Shown in pieces: positions 12,495 to 22,155 of a stretch of 64,000 nt of DNA (within the stretch, counting starts at the first letter, position 1; every line of letters begins with the position of its first letter). The notes below the pieces were generated by a model. That model did no database searches. It had not been told where the DNA came from and saw only the letters and a program-made list of their open reading frames with translations. The stretch is from Candidatus Hydrogenedentota bacterium (GTDB lineage Bacteria > Hydrogenedentota > Hydrogenedentia > Hydrogenedentales > JAEUWI01). The DNA lies in NCBI GenBank assembly GCA_034669905.1, contig JAXMOL010000029.1, positions 1-64,000 of the forward strand, written 5' to 3'. The translations under genes and the position numbers were made by a program.

Positions 12495-13478
12495 TCAACC
12501 CACCACGTAAAGGAGGGCGAGGGCAATAATCAGGGCATAAATCGCGGTGGACTGGGAAACGGCCTGTCCGATGAGCATGGTGCGCAGAATCAGCGCGTCT
12601 TTGTCGGGGCGCAATGCGGTGGCGGCACAACCTTTCGCGGCGGTGAGGCCACTACCGATTCCCGGGCCAACGCCCCCGAAGCCGACCGCGATGGCCGCGC
12701 CGAATACCTGGGCGAAGCCGAGCAGTCCGGGGTTCAAATCCCCCAGGGCAAACATCATGATAAAGGCGACGAGCATGCCGAAAATCGCGGGCGTTTCACA
12801 TACGGCCTGACCAATCAGCATGGTGCGCAGGGTGACACCATAGGCCAGGGGCCAGCGTCCAATACCATCCACGGCGCCACCGGCGGTCTGTCCCGAGCCG
12901 ATGCCCGAGCCCAGCGCGCTTACGCCCATGGCGAGTCCGGCACTGATGTAGATGCCCATGGTGGGCAGGTCGGTGCCGTTCTGGGCGGTGAGAATGAGGA
13001 TGAGGGAAACGACCAGGGCGAAAATACTGGGGGACTGGGCGACGGCCTGACCGATAATCATGGACTGGGTGAGCTTGGGGCTCCGTGCGGGGTTTCGGGC
13101 GAATCCGGCGCAGGCATTGCCTGCGGGCCAGCCGCAACCGAGGCCACTGCCGAAGGTGCCGAAGCCAATCGAGAGTCCAGCACCGAGGAGCGCGGCGAAG
13201 TAGTTGCCACCAATGAGGTCGAGGTTGGCGGGGGAGACCACGATGATGAAGAGGCCAATGACCAGGGCGAATACGGCGGCACCCTCGCCCACGGCCTGTC
13301 CGATGAGCATGGTGCGGAGCATTTCGCGCTGCACTTTGGGCTGGCGCATGATGGCGTGGTTGGCCATGCCGGCGGCATTACCCATGCCGATGGCGGCACC
13401 GATGCCGCCGAAGCCGAGGGCGACACCCGCGCCAGCGAGTTTGCCGAGAATTAGCCATGTGTGTGGTTCGAGGTCCAC
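12495..13478 (-). CDS. atpE: Atypical ATP synthase subunit c with four fused hairpins (8 TM)
   Basis: Four repeats of GxGxGxG...R-x-P...M(L/I)IGQAV; essential position is E65, Q148, E228, Q309. Confidence 0.9.
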   Translation of the reverse strand: MDLEPHTWLILGKLAGAGVALGFGGIGAAIGMGNAAGMANHAIMRQPKVQREMLRTMLIGQAVGEGAAVFALVIGLFIIVVSPANLDLIGGNYFAALLGAGLSIGFGTFGSGLGCGWPAGNACAGFARNPARSPKLTQSMIIGQAVAQSPSIFALVVSLILILTAQNGTDLPTMGIYISAGLAMGVSALGSGIGSGQTAGGAVDGIGRWPLAYGVTLRTMLIGQAVCETPAIFGMLVAFIMMFALGDLNPGLLGFAQVFGAAIAVGFGGVGPGIGSGLTAAKGCAATALRPDKDALILRTMLIGQAVSQSTAIYALIIALALLYVVG

Positions 13479-13539
13479 GATACTTCCTTACGCGTGCGCC
13501 AGGCGGGCCGTAGTTTGGCAATCGACGGGCGGCAGGCTG

Positions 13540-14310
13540 CTATTTGATGGCCACCGCGATGTAGGTCAGGGTGAGCATGGTAAATACGAAAGCCTGCACG
13601 GTGCCGACGAAGAAAATGAAAAAGAGATCGAGGCCTACCGCGAGAATGCTGAAGTGGTAGACCAGATTGGAAACAACAATAATGATAATGCTGCCGCCCA
13701 CAATGTTTCCGAAGAGTCGGAAGGAAATGGAGACGACTTTGGCGAGTTCACCAATAATATTGAGGGGGAAGAAAAAGATGGCCGAGAGTTTGCCGGCGAT
13801 TTTGGCGCCGCCGGTGGCCTCGGGCTGGTCCCACATGGGCCCGAGCAATTCTTCGACGTAACCGCCCATGCCCTTGGTCTTGATGGCACACCACGTGGCG
13901 ATAAACATACCCAGGAGTCCGAGGCCGAGGGTACAGTTAATGTCGGCCGTGGGCTCTTCGAAGTAGTGGGTGGGCACGAAGCCGATGAAGTTGCTGAGGA
14001 TCAGGTAGAGGAAGAGGGTGCCGATGAGGGGAAAGAAACGGCGGTTTTTTTCGCGCGTTTCCAGTTCCAGGGAGCTGGTCACCAGGTTGTCAAAGATACC
14101 GGTGAAGAGCTCGACGGCTAGTTGACCCCGCGCCGGGACCATGGCAAACTTGCGCACGGCGAGGCGGGCGAGCACCAGAAGGACCAGCATCACGATGGTC
14201 GCGTTGAACACGGTGAGGATATTGACCCCGCCCAGGGGGATCGGGATATCTGTGAATGGCACGTAGTACCAAGTGAGTCTTTCGCCGATGGATTCCATGC
14301 GACTACACAT
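13540..14310 (-). CDS. atpB: ATP synthase Fo subunit a
   Basis: PTADINCTLGL, PLNIIGELAKVVSISFRLFGNI (essential Arg), VQAFVFTMLTLTYI; start may instead be 14298. Confidence 0.96.
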   Translation of the reverse strand: MCSRMESIGERLTWYYVPFTDIPIPLGGVNILTVFNATIVMLVLLVLARLAVRKFAMVPARGQLAVELFTGIFDNLVTSSLELETREKNRRFFPLIGTLFLYLILSNFIGFVPTHYFEEPTADINCTLGLGLLGMFIATWCAIKTKGMGGYVEELLGPMWDQPEATGGAKIAGKLSAIFFFPLNIIGELAKVVSISFRLFGNIVGGSIIIIVVSNLVYHFSILAVGLDLFFIFFVGTVQAFVFTMLTLTYIAVAIK

Positions 14311-14689
14311 CTCTCCGCGTGTTGCCCAGCCTCGTAAACGCCAAGGTGATCATGACGATTTGAACAAAGAAAATCCCGATCACCGCTGCGATAAGGCCAT
14401 GATAGAGTTCCCGGTCTAACGTGTAGGCCTTGTAGATCGCAAGCGCATAGAAGAATAAGCGGACGAACGTCCACTTAACCGCTGAGGATTGTAGCTGGGT
14501 GGCATCGGAGGTTGCAAGTTTCTCAACGTTTCTGCCGGTAATCCAGAAGCCGAGGGCGCCGGCCAGGCCCCCCATGAGGACGCTCTTGGCCACGACGGGA
14601 GACCAATAAAAGGTGGCCGCGCAGGTGACCAGCGAGAGGGTCATGGTGTAGCGCACGACGGCCAGGCGAAATGCTTTCAGGGTGTCCAC
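14303..14689 (-). CDS. atpI: ATP synthase protein I (4-TM)
   Basis: 128-aa hydrophobic protein immediately upstream of atpB. Confidence 0.75.
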   Translation of the reverse strand: MDTLKAFRLAVVRYTMTLSLVTCAATFYWSPVVAKSVLMGGLAGALGFWITGRNVEKLATSDATQLQSSAVKWTFVRLFFYALAIYKAYTLDRELYHGLIAAVIGIFFVQIVMITLAFTRLGNTRRDV

Positions 14690-14724
14690 GTTATACTCCT
14701 GTTCGGCCGGGAAGTCGGGTCATG

Positions 14725-14958
14725 CTATCGGGGAGGGCTTGCGCGCAACAACAACCAGACTGCCATGGCCAGTCCGAGCACCAGGCCCGTGAGAATTCCT
14801 GCGGCGGTTAGCAGTCCATTCGTCTGAAAATGCTTGTCGAGGTTGATTCCGGCCCATGTGCCTGTCAATATATTACCTGTGATGACTAAGCCCACCAGGG
14901 CGACGAGTCGCATGGCATTTCGGATGTCGGATCCGTCGCGATTGTGGGGTGGAGTCAT
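14725..14958 (-). CDS. AtpZ/AtpI-family small membrane protein
   Basis: Two TM helices with GTWAGINLDKHFQT motif; first gene of the atp operon. Confidence 0.8.
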   Translation of the reverse strand: MTPPHNRDGSDIRNAMRLVALVGLVITGNILTGTWAGINLDKHFQTNGLLTAAGILTGLVLGLAMAVWLLLRASPPR

Positions 14959-15076
14959 GGTGGGTCTCGACTGAGGCTATCGGCGTACTCTATCACCCAC
15001 CACCAATTTATCTCAAGATGCGGCGCATTAAGAGTCGGCTGATGCGCCTGCATCGGGGCCCCAACAGGAGTTTGCA

Positions 15077-15583
15077 GTGAAACGGGTTAAGGTACTTTTT
15101 GTTTGTTTGGGAAATATCTGTCGTTCACCCACGGCGGAAGGGGTGTTTCGGGCGTTGGTCGAAAAAAAAGGGCTGGGAGACCGCATCGAAATTGACTCGG
15201 CGGGCACGAGCGGATGGCATCAGGGCGAGGCACCCGACCCGCGTTCGCAAGAAGAGGCCCTCCAGCATGGGGTCGATTTAAGCGATCAGCGCTCCCGGGT
15301 GGTCGTTTCGCGGGATTTTACCCATTTTGACTATATCTGCGCGATGGACAGTTCGAACTTGCGGGAACTGAAGCGGAGCTGCCCTATCGGATATGGGGGA
15401 CGGCTCTATCGCTTCACCGATTTTGCCCCCGATCTGGATATTCAGGATGTACCCGACCCCTATTATGGGGGGGACGATGGTTTCTTGAAGGTGTATCAGA
15501 TTATTGAGGCCAGCGCGGTGGGCTTGCTCACCCATATTCGGGAACACGATCTGGAATGTTTGGCAGGTCAGGAATCACAGTAA
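15077..15583 (+). CDS. Low-molecular-weight protein tyrosine phosphatase
   Basis: VLFVCLGNICRSPTAE P-loop, IDSAGT, DVPDPYYG. Confidence 0.95.
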   Translation: MKRVKVLFVCLGNICRSPTAEGVFRALVEKKGLGDRIEIDSAGTSGWHQGEAPDPRSQEEALQHGVDLSDQRSRVVVSRDFTHFDYICAMDSSNLRELKRSCPIGYGGRLYRFTDFAPDLDIQDVPDPYYGGDDGFLKVYQIIEASAVGLLTHIREHDLECLAGQESQ

Positions 15584-15607
15584 ACGATATCGACCAGGGA
15601 AGGTACC

Positions 15608-16465
15608 GTGTGCGATAAACTGCAGGAAGTGGTGACCCAGGCCCTGGGCCAGCATATTACCCATCGCAGCCCCCTGAGTGGGGGCTGCATTGGGGAGGTT
15701 TTTCGACTGCGTCTGGAAGACGGGCGCGATGTGGTCGCCAAACTGGATCGCAGTAGTGCGCCCCGGCTGGATATCGAGGGCTACATGCTGCAGTACCTCA
15801 CGGCTCACAGCAGGTTGCCCGTGCCCCCCGTGATCCTGTCCACGCCGGAAGTGCTGCTGATGGACTTCGTTCCCGGGGATAGCCACTTCGTAGCGTCGAG
15901 CCAACGTCATGCGGCCCAGTTACTTGCGGCGATGCACGGGGTTCGGGGCGAGGCCCATGGCCTGGCGCGGGATACCCTGATAGGTTCGCTCCATCAACCC
16001 AATCCGTGGACGGCGTCGTGGGTCGAATTTTTCCGCACGCACCGGCTCCTTCATATGTCGGAGATGGCGCGTCAGGAAGGGGTTATGGGGGCCCAATTGC
16101 TCCGCCGTATGGAGCGATTTGCCGGCGATTTGGATGATTTTCTGGAGGAGCCGGCCTATCCTTCGCTGCTGCACGGCGATGTGTGGACCACCAATGTGCT
16201 GGCTTCCAAGGGGCAGATCACGGCCTTTATTGACCCGGCGGTCTACTATGGGCACCCGGAGATTGAGTTGGCGTTTATTACTCTTTTTTCCACCTTCGGG
16301 CCGGCCTTTTTCGATGCCTACAACGCCCTGCGTCCCCTGCGCCCCGGATTTTTCGAGACCCGGCGGGATATCTACAATCTCTATCCCCTGTTGGTCCATG
16401 CGCGGTTGTTTGGGGCGAGTTACCTGAACAGCGTGGAAGGGACCCTGTCGCGGCTGGGGTACTGA
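15608..16465 (+). CDS. Fructosamine kinase family protein
   Basis: LSGGCIG, PSLLHGDVWTTN, FIDPAVYYGHPEIELA, YNLYPLLVHARLFG. Confidence 0.92.
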   Translation: MCDKLQEVVTQALGQHITHRSPLSGGCIGEVFRLRLEDGRDVVAKLDRSSAPRLDIEGYMLQYLTAHSRLPVPPVILSTPEVLLMDFVPGDSHFVASSQRHAAQLLAAMHGVRGEAHGLARDTLIGSLHQPNPWTASWVEFFRTHRLLHMSEMARQEGVMGAQLLRRMERFAGDLDDFLEEPAYPSLLHGDVWTTNVLASKGQITAFIDPAVYYGHPEIELAFITLFSTFGPAFFDAYNALRPLRPGFFETRRDIYNLYPLLVHARLFGASYLNSVEGTLSRLGY

Positions 16466-16477
16466 GGGGGGAATTGC

Positions 16478-19400
16478 CTACGAATTGCTTCCTGCCAAAT
16501 CGGAATGCAACCCTTGCAAGGTCTCGAACAACCCTTCGATTACGTTGTCGTGACCGGCAAACAGTTCATCGGGCCCGCCCGCATGCAATCCGCTGAAGGG
16601 TGGCTCATACAGCGCCGACGCCTCCATCACGCCTCGGGCCGTGAGTTGCTCGATGACCATCTCTACAAATCGAATCTGCGCCGGGCTCAGGCTGCGGTCG
16701 TTCAGGAATTGTGAAAATGCCGCCTGTGCCGCGGCCCGATCCATCCCCACCAGACTTCGAACAAACCAGGCCAGGGAAGGGGCACCGCTACGCTCCAACA
16801 AATGCCCCAGCAGTGTGTTGCCATTTTCTTCACCGATCTCCGCCAGGGTTTGCTCCAGCCCGGTCAGATCGGTTTCCGTAAGGGGTTGGTTGGTGCGCAG
16901 CCGCTGGATGACCAAGTGGTCGAGATGGCTCCGCAGGTAGTCTTGGACTTTCTTTTCATACTGTATTCCAGTCATTTTCGGCATGAGCACCGCCTGCTCC
17001 TCGCGCACGCCCAAGACCTCATCGTTGAAATCGGTTACGACAATCTTTCGTTTCTTCCGGTCCAGAAAGGGCATAAGCCCGCGCAAGCGTAGCCGCATCT
17101 CTTCCAGGGCCGCTAAGTCTACGCCTTCCCAAAACAGGGTCTCCTGAATCGCCGCCAGGTAGGCGAGCTGCTCCTTTACGGCCGGAATCGCCGATTTCTC
17201 CTCCAGCATCATGGCGATTTCTATCACCCGCTGCCGATAGCGCTCCAACACGCTGTAGTCATTCTGGGCCACCGCCAACTGCATTTGCAGCGCCATCAGG
17301 TCAAATTGGCGCGACTCAATATCCTCCACCGGCAGGGCGCTCGGCAAGCCCGCCACCTCCTGTTGCAGGGTCTCCCGGTCCGACTCGGACAAGGATTCCC
17401 AGGCGTCGGGCTGCTGGAAGCGTTCCACCGTCTCCAGGTGCATGCGCACGATGAAGTTATCCCGGTTCATGGCGAGCAATTCCCCATGGAGCGTTTTGGC
17501 GAGGGCGTTCCCCAGGGAACCCTTGGGGTCCAGCGCCGTGTCGCCCTGGACATGGCCGATCAACTGCACCCGCGCGCGGAAGAGTCGTTTCCCGAGCGAC
17601 ACTCCGCCGCTGCCCTCCAACCCCTGGGGGTTCTCCCGGAAAAAATCGAAGTTAAAGCAGAAGTCGAAAATGCGAAAATCCGTCTTGTCATCGCCGGGGC
17701 CGAAGAGGTCGGGACAGAGGCGCGTACCGCGACCAATCATCTGCCAGAACTTTATCTTGGAGTAGACCGGTTTGAAAAAGACCAGGTTGGCCACCTCGGG
17801 CACGTCGATGCCCGTGTCCAGCATGTCCACCGAAATGGCGATGTGGGGGGGCTTGTCCTTCTGCGAAAAATCGTCGAGGATGCTCTGGGGATACTTCGCG
17901 CGGTTGTCGATTACCCGGGCGAAATGGCCCTTGTAGTGGGGGTAATGGTGATTGAAGCGCTCCTCGATGAACACCGCGTGATCATGATTGCGTGCAAAGA
18001 TAATCGTTTTGGCCAGTCGGTCGCCCCCGTCCACCGTGTGGCCATTTTCCATCAGGTGCTGGAGCACCTTGTCCACCGTGTCGCGATTAAAAAGCCAGCT
18101 ATTAACAGCCGCCGCATTTACTGTCGTCGGCATGGCCGGTTCGTTGCTCTCGTCGCCCCAGTCGAGCCCTTCCCACTGTGCTTGTTCCTCCGGGCTGAGC
18201 GAATCGTAATCAATCCCGTCCCGGGGGAATTTCAGGTTCACCTGCTGCGCTCGGGGCGGCACAAGGAAGCCATCGTCCACGGCCGTCTGCAATTCGTAGG
18301 CATCGGTGGGCACCCCTGGTTCCAGGTCGAATAGATCGTAGGTATTCCGGTCTACTTCCTCCCGGGGCGTCGCCGTCAGGCCCACCAGGAGCGAGTCAAA
18401 GTAGTCAAAGATGGCGCCATACTTCTGATAAACCGAGCGGTGGGCTTCGTCGATGATCACCAGGTCAAAATGGCCTACGCCAAAACGCGCCGTGCCCTCG
18501 TCCACCTGATCGATGAGGTTCAGTATGGTGGGGTAGGTGCACACGTACACCCGGCCATCCGTGTTCTTTTCCGTCACCAGGTTTACCGGGCTCGATTCGG
18601 GCAGGTGGGTCTTGAAGGCGTTACAGGCCTGGTTCACCAGCGACACCCGGTCCGCCAGGAAGAGGGCCCGCTTCACCCAGCCCGCCCGCTGCAACACATC
18701 GACCAGCGCGATGGCCGTCCGCGTCTTGCCCGTGCCCGTGGCCATGACCAGCAGGGCCTTCCGGCGTTTATCGGTGAACTGGGCGAAGATGCTGCCAATC
18801 ACCCGCTTTTGGTAGTAACGCTCGACAATCGCGTCTTTCACAGCGCTCACCGCTGGCGGCACTTGCTGCGAGCGCCGTACCATGAGCCGCTGTAGCTCGT
18901 CCTTCTTGTAGAAGCCTGCCACCTTCCGGTGTGGATAGTCGGAGTCGTCCCACAGCCAGGTCTCGTAGCCGTTGGTGTAGAAGATGAAGGGACGTTGCCC
19001 GTGCATCGTTTCCAGGCAATCGGCATAGAGCTTGGCCTGCTGCCGTCCCACTTCAGGGTCAACCGTGCTCTTTTTCGCCTCCACCACGGCCAGGGGCTTG
19101 CCGTCGTCGCCCCAGAGTACATAATCCACATAGCCCACGCCCTTGTTGTTGGGCATACCCGTGACTTTGTATTCCTGGTCGTTGGTGCCGTCCAGTGGCC
19201 AACCCGCACGGCGGAGCTCCACGTCGATGAGGTAGCGGCGTGTTTCGGCCTCGGAATAATCGTGGGTGTCTTGCGTCGCCTCCGATTCCGCGCGGATCGC
19301 CGCCAGTTGGGCGCGCACGGCCTGCAATTCGGCGTCGAGGGCGATTTTTTCCTGCTGCTCCTTCAAGGTCGCTTCGTTCTGTGCCGCCAGCTCCGCCTCC

Positions 19401-19870
19401 AGTTTCTCCAGCTTTGCCCGAGGCACCACGGCCGCCGGGTGTAGGGGCTTGGGCACGCGCTCATCCTGCCAGGCCGCCCCATCGCGCGGCGCGTCCGGCG
19501 CATAGGTCCGCGTGAGCCAGTAACACAGATGGTGGAGTTCCTTCACCACCTGAAGGGCATCATACTGGCGGACAGGCTTGGTATGGTGGACCGCCTGGTT
19601 GCCCATCTTCAAGATGACCCGGGCCTTTTGGAATACGGACCCAGGCAGCAAGTTCTGAAAAGTGGGCTCATGGATCAGGGCCCCGAGTTTTTCGTCGTAG
19701 GGCATTTTCAGGCTGGGGTCGTGGGCATAAAGCCAATGGACCACCGCCTCCAGGGTGAAGCGCGCGTGGAAGCAGGCCGCCCGGGGGTCGCCATGGATAT
19801 GACCCTCTGCCTTGCCCGCCGACTCGGCGATGGGGCGGAACAGTTTTGGAAGGAATGTGAAGTTACTCAT
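16478..19870 (-). CDS. hsdR: Type I restriction enzyme R subunit (EcoEI/EcoAI-like, N-terminal DUF4145-like domain)
   Basis: Nuclease DYVL..VVEAKK; helicase motifs MATGTGKT, DEAHRS, GLTATP, QMIGRGTR; start taken at MSNFTFL. Confidence 0.93.
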   Translation of the reverse strand: MSNFTFLPKLFRPIAESAGKAEGHIHGDPRAACFHARFTLEAVVHWLYAHDPSLKMPYDEKLGALIHEPTFQNLLPGSVFQKARVILKMGNQAVHHTKPVRQYDALQVVKELHHLCYWLTRTYAPDAPRDGAAWQDERVPKPLHPAAVVPRAKLEKLEAELAAQNEATLKEQQEKIALDAELQAVRAQLAAIRAESEATQDTHDYSEAETRRYLIDVELRRAGWPLDGTNDQEYKVTGMPNNKGVGYVDYVLWGDDGKPLAVVEAKKSTVDPEVGRQQAKLYADCLETMHGQRPFIFYTNGYETWLWDDSDYPHRKVAGFYKKDELQRLMVRRSQQVPPAVSAVKDAIVERYYQKRVIGSIFAQFTDKRRKALLVMATGTGKTRTAIALVDVLQRAGWVKRALFLADRVSLVNQACNAFKTHLPESSPVNLVTEKNTDGRVYVCTYPTILNLIDQVDEGTARFGVGHFDLVIIDEAHRSVYQKYGAIFDYFDSLLVGLTATPREEVDRNTYDLFDLEPGVPTDAYELQTAVDDGFLVPPRAQQVNLKFPRDGIDYDSLSPEEQAQWEGLDWGDESNEPAMPTTVNAAAVNSWLFNRDTVDKVLQHLMENGHTVDGGDRLAKTIIFARNHDHAVFIEERFNHHYPHYKGHFARVIDNRAKYPQSILDDFSQKDKPPHIAISVDMLDTGIDVPEVANLVFFKPVYSKIKFWQMIGRGTRLCPDLFGPGDDKTDFRIFDFCFNFDFFRENPQGLEGSGGVSLGKRLFRARVQLIGHVQGDTALDPKGSLGNALAKTLHGELLAMNRDNFIVRMHLETVERFQQPDAWESLSESDRETLQQEVAGLPSALPVEDIESRQFDLMALQMQLAVAQNDYSVLERYRQRVIEIAMMLEEKSAIPAVKEQLAYLAAIQETLFWEGVDLAALEEMRLRLRGLMPFLDRKKRKIVVTDFNDEVLGVREEQAVLMPKMTGIQYEKKVQDYLRSHLDHLVIQRLRTNQPLTETDLTGLEQTLAEIGEENGNTLLGHLLERSGAPSLAWFVRSLVGMDRAAAQAAFSQFLNDRSLSPAQIRFVEMVIEQLTARGVMEASALYEPPFSGLHAGGPDELFAGHDNVIEGLFETLQGLHSDLAGSNS

Positions 19871-20538
19871 GCAATGCCCCTTGCAACTAGTTGGGCGTGT
19901 CAAGGTGGTTTCCTATTGCCAACACTACGTATCAGAGCGTACTATAGCATATGAGTTCACTGCCAATCGGCGTTGAATCTATCGAGGTTTCGGCCGCTGA
20001 GCCAGCGTAGCAAATCAGCGGTCTCTTGCTCATCCTGCGATTTCGCGGGGCGGGGCTTCGGAGGGGCTTTCGAAGGACGGGGGAGTACAACAATCTGTGG
20101 GATGCTCTTCGTGCCGCGCGATCTCTTGAGGGGGCGGCGGGAAGCGCCCTCGGGAGTTCGTGCGTAGGTCTAGCCACGGTCTCCGGGCGGTTAGCCATGG
20201 GCTCAGGTGTGAGGAAGACGCACGAACGCGTTTCGGCGCGACGGCGTCGCGGCCGAAGCGCGATCGCGCGGCACGGGGGAAGGAGAAAGAGACGCCGCGC
20301 CAACACGCTCTTTCCATTCACTATTCTAAATTCACCATTCACAATTCCCCACTCCCCTTGGTTGGTGTTGGGTCGCGACGTACAGCCGGTACAGTCCCAC
20401 CTTCGTCTGGCACGAAGGAGATGACAGTCCCTTACGGAAGACGCACGAACGCGTTTCGGCGCGACGGCGTCGCTTCCGAAGCGCGATCGCGCGGCACGGG
20501 GGGAGCCCATTCATAATTCACTATTCTAAATTCTAAAT

Positions 20539-20625
20539 TCATAATTCGCCGTTGAACGCGCGGGACTGCAATGAGGCGAACAGGGTGTCCAATTCCGGCA
20601 GGTGGGGCCCCATTCGGGTCTTTTG
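20539..20625 (-). pseudogene. Remnant 3' end of a second hsdS
   Basis: Translates QKTRMGPHLPELDTLFASLQSRAFNGEL*; 23 of 28 residues match the C-terminus of the intact HsdS. Confidence 0.85.
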
Positions 20626-20672
20626 GGTGCTTTATGCGTCGCGGTAATAATCCCAAGTTGCGAAGGTGCGCC

Positions 20673-20836
20673 AAAGTGGGTTGGCCTTCCAGGCTGACAC
20701 AACGTGTCCTCGACTTACCGGAATAACGCTCGTAACTAAAATGGTGGCCCAGCAATCCAGGGTGCTTCCTATGGCCTGTCGCCCCATAGGCTGTTTCGGG
20801 CGGTCGACATGACAGGCTGGAAGCCTATCCCACTTT
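20673..20836. repeat. REP doublet (REPIN-like) with inverted GTGGG ends
   Basis: aaagtgggttggccttccaggctgac ... gacaggctggaagcctatcccacttt. Confidence 0.6.
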
Positions 20837-20955
20837 GATCGTCGGGGGAAAGGCCTGGCCGCTTTCGATAGGGGCCGCGACGGCGTCGCTTCCGAAGCGC
20901 GATCGCGCGGCACGGGGGTGAGCCCATTCATAATTCACTATTCTAAATTCACTAT

Positions 20956-22155
20956 TCATAATTCGCCGTTGAAGGCGCGGGACTGCAATGAGGCAAACAA
21001 CGCGTCCAGCTCCGCCAGGTGGGCACGCATCCGCGCCTTTTGCGCCTCCACCGATTCCACGATGGCCGCGAATTCGCGCTGGAGCGCGAGGGGTGGAACG
21101 ATGAACTCAAACTTCCGAATTCCAGCAGTACTAAGATTGTAATTACCAGCAGTTGTCCTCGCTTCGCGGCGGACTCTGTGCCGGTAGCTCGGAAACTCTA
21201 TATGGTGCTTCAAAAATTCGCTCGTCAGACCTATGGACAACTTAACTCGACCTCGAATTAGGTAGGAAGCATAATAGCTTGGGCGAGTTCCGTCGAACCT
21301 TGCGCACCGACCGATATGGTCTGGATTTCCGTTGGAGCGAACGAAGAGTATATCGTCTAGCTGCAACTGAAGCTTTGTTGCCTCAGTACCATCGAGTTCA
21401 ACGAATTTCAAATCTTCCCAATCAATTTGTCCACCAATTACGTTGGGAATTCTCAGAACTGGGAGTGCTTTTCCAGTTGGCGTATTAATAGACTTCCTGG
21501 ATGTACCATACGTCAAGTCTTCGAAAGCTTCTGTGCCTCGTACAACTTCCCACCCCATCGGATTGGTGACGGGATCGCCAAACATCTCCAGGAAGGTGGA
21601 TTGGAGGAGGGTGTCGAGCTCGGCGAGGGAGGCGCGGCGACGGGCCCGCAACCCGTCCGCCTCATCCAGGATCGCCGCGATTCGACGCTGCTCCGACAGC
21701 GGCGGCAGGGGAATATCCATGGTCTTGATTTGCCCCAGGCTTAGATTTGTAATCGTTCCCGTAACACCCCTTGACGCCATTTGGCGGTGCGCGTCGGACG
21801 TCTTTAGCCAATTGAGGACATATCTCTGACTTGCCTTACCGTTAAGCCTTAGAATTGCCACTGCCTGGTTACAATTCATAGGCAAATCACATTCGACAAC
21901 TGCAGCGCGTCCGATCGTTCCCGCTATAGAAACGAGCAAGTCCCCTTGCTGAATCTGGGACCGTTCCAGTGCAGAATGTGTAGCATTATCTATGAACAAA
22001 GGCTCTTTCGTTACATCGACCCTACCATCTATGAGATTCTGAACCCTGACAAAAGGAATGCCATAGTCAACGAACGAATAACCGATAGACGTCGGCGTAG
22101 TTCCTTTTGTGATCAGAGTCGACAATTCATTCATCTTGACTCGCGGCCACGTCAC
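20956..22155 (-). CDS. hsdS: Type I restriction-modification specificity subunit
   Basis: Two lower-GC TRDs; conserved IPLPPLSEQRRIAAILD, FLEMFGDPVTNPMGWE, PPLALQREFAAIV..LQSRAFNGEL. Confidence 0.95.
   Translation of the reverse strand: MTWPRVKMNELSTLITKGTTPTSIGYSFVDYGIPFVRVQNLIDGRVDVTKEPLFIDNATHSALERSQIQQGDLLVSIAGTIGRAAVVECDLPMNCNQAVAILRLNGKASQRYVLNWLKTSDAHRQMASRGVTGTITNLSLGQIKTMDIPLPPLSEQRRIAAILDEADGLRARRRASLAELDTLLQSTFLEMFGDPVTNPMGWEVVRGTEAFEDLTYGTSRKSINTPTGKALPVLRIPNVIGGQIDWEDLKFVELDGTEATKLQLQLDDILFVRSNGNPDHIGRCARFDGTRPSYYASYLIRGRVKLSIGLTSEFLKHHIEFPSYRHRVRREARTTAGNYNLSTAGIRKFEFIVPPLALQREFAAIVESVEAQKARMRAHLAELDALFASLQSRAFNGEL

Larger units (their letters stand above)
20213..20918. repeat. 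Three copies of a GC-rich palindromic unit (20213-20279, 20436-20502, partial 20876-20918), each followed by ATTCxxx heptamer runs
   Basis: ggaagacgcacgaacgcgtttcggcgcgacggcgtcgc..cgaagcgcgatcgcgcggcacggggg, then attcact-attctaa-attc runs. Confidence 0.85.

Noticed and set aside
19932..20516. Several ORFs between hsdS and hsdR
   Set aside because: They translate palindromic and heptamer repeats; no coding signal apart from the hsdS remnant.
20213..20918. CRISPR array
   Set aside because: Units are about 67 bp, irregularly spaced (223 and about 416 bp), with no uniform spacers and no cas genes.
20539..22155. Invertible hsdS shufflon
   Set aside because: The hsdS remnant is in direct orientation, lacks a TRD, and no recombinase is adjacent.
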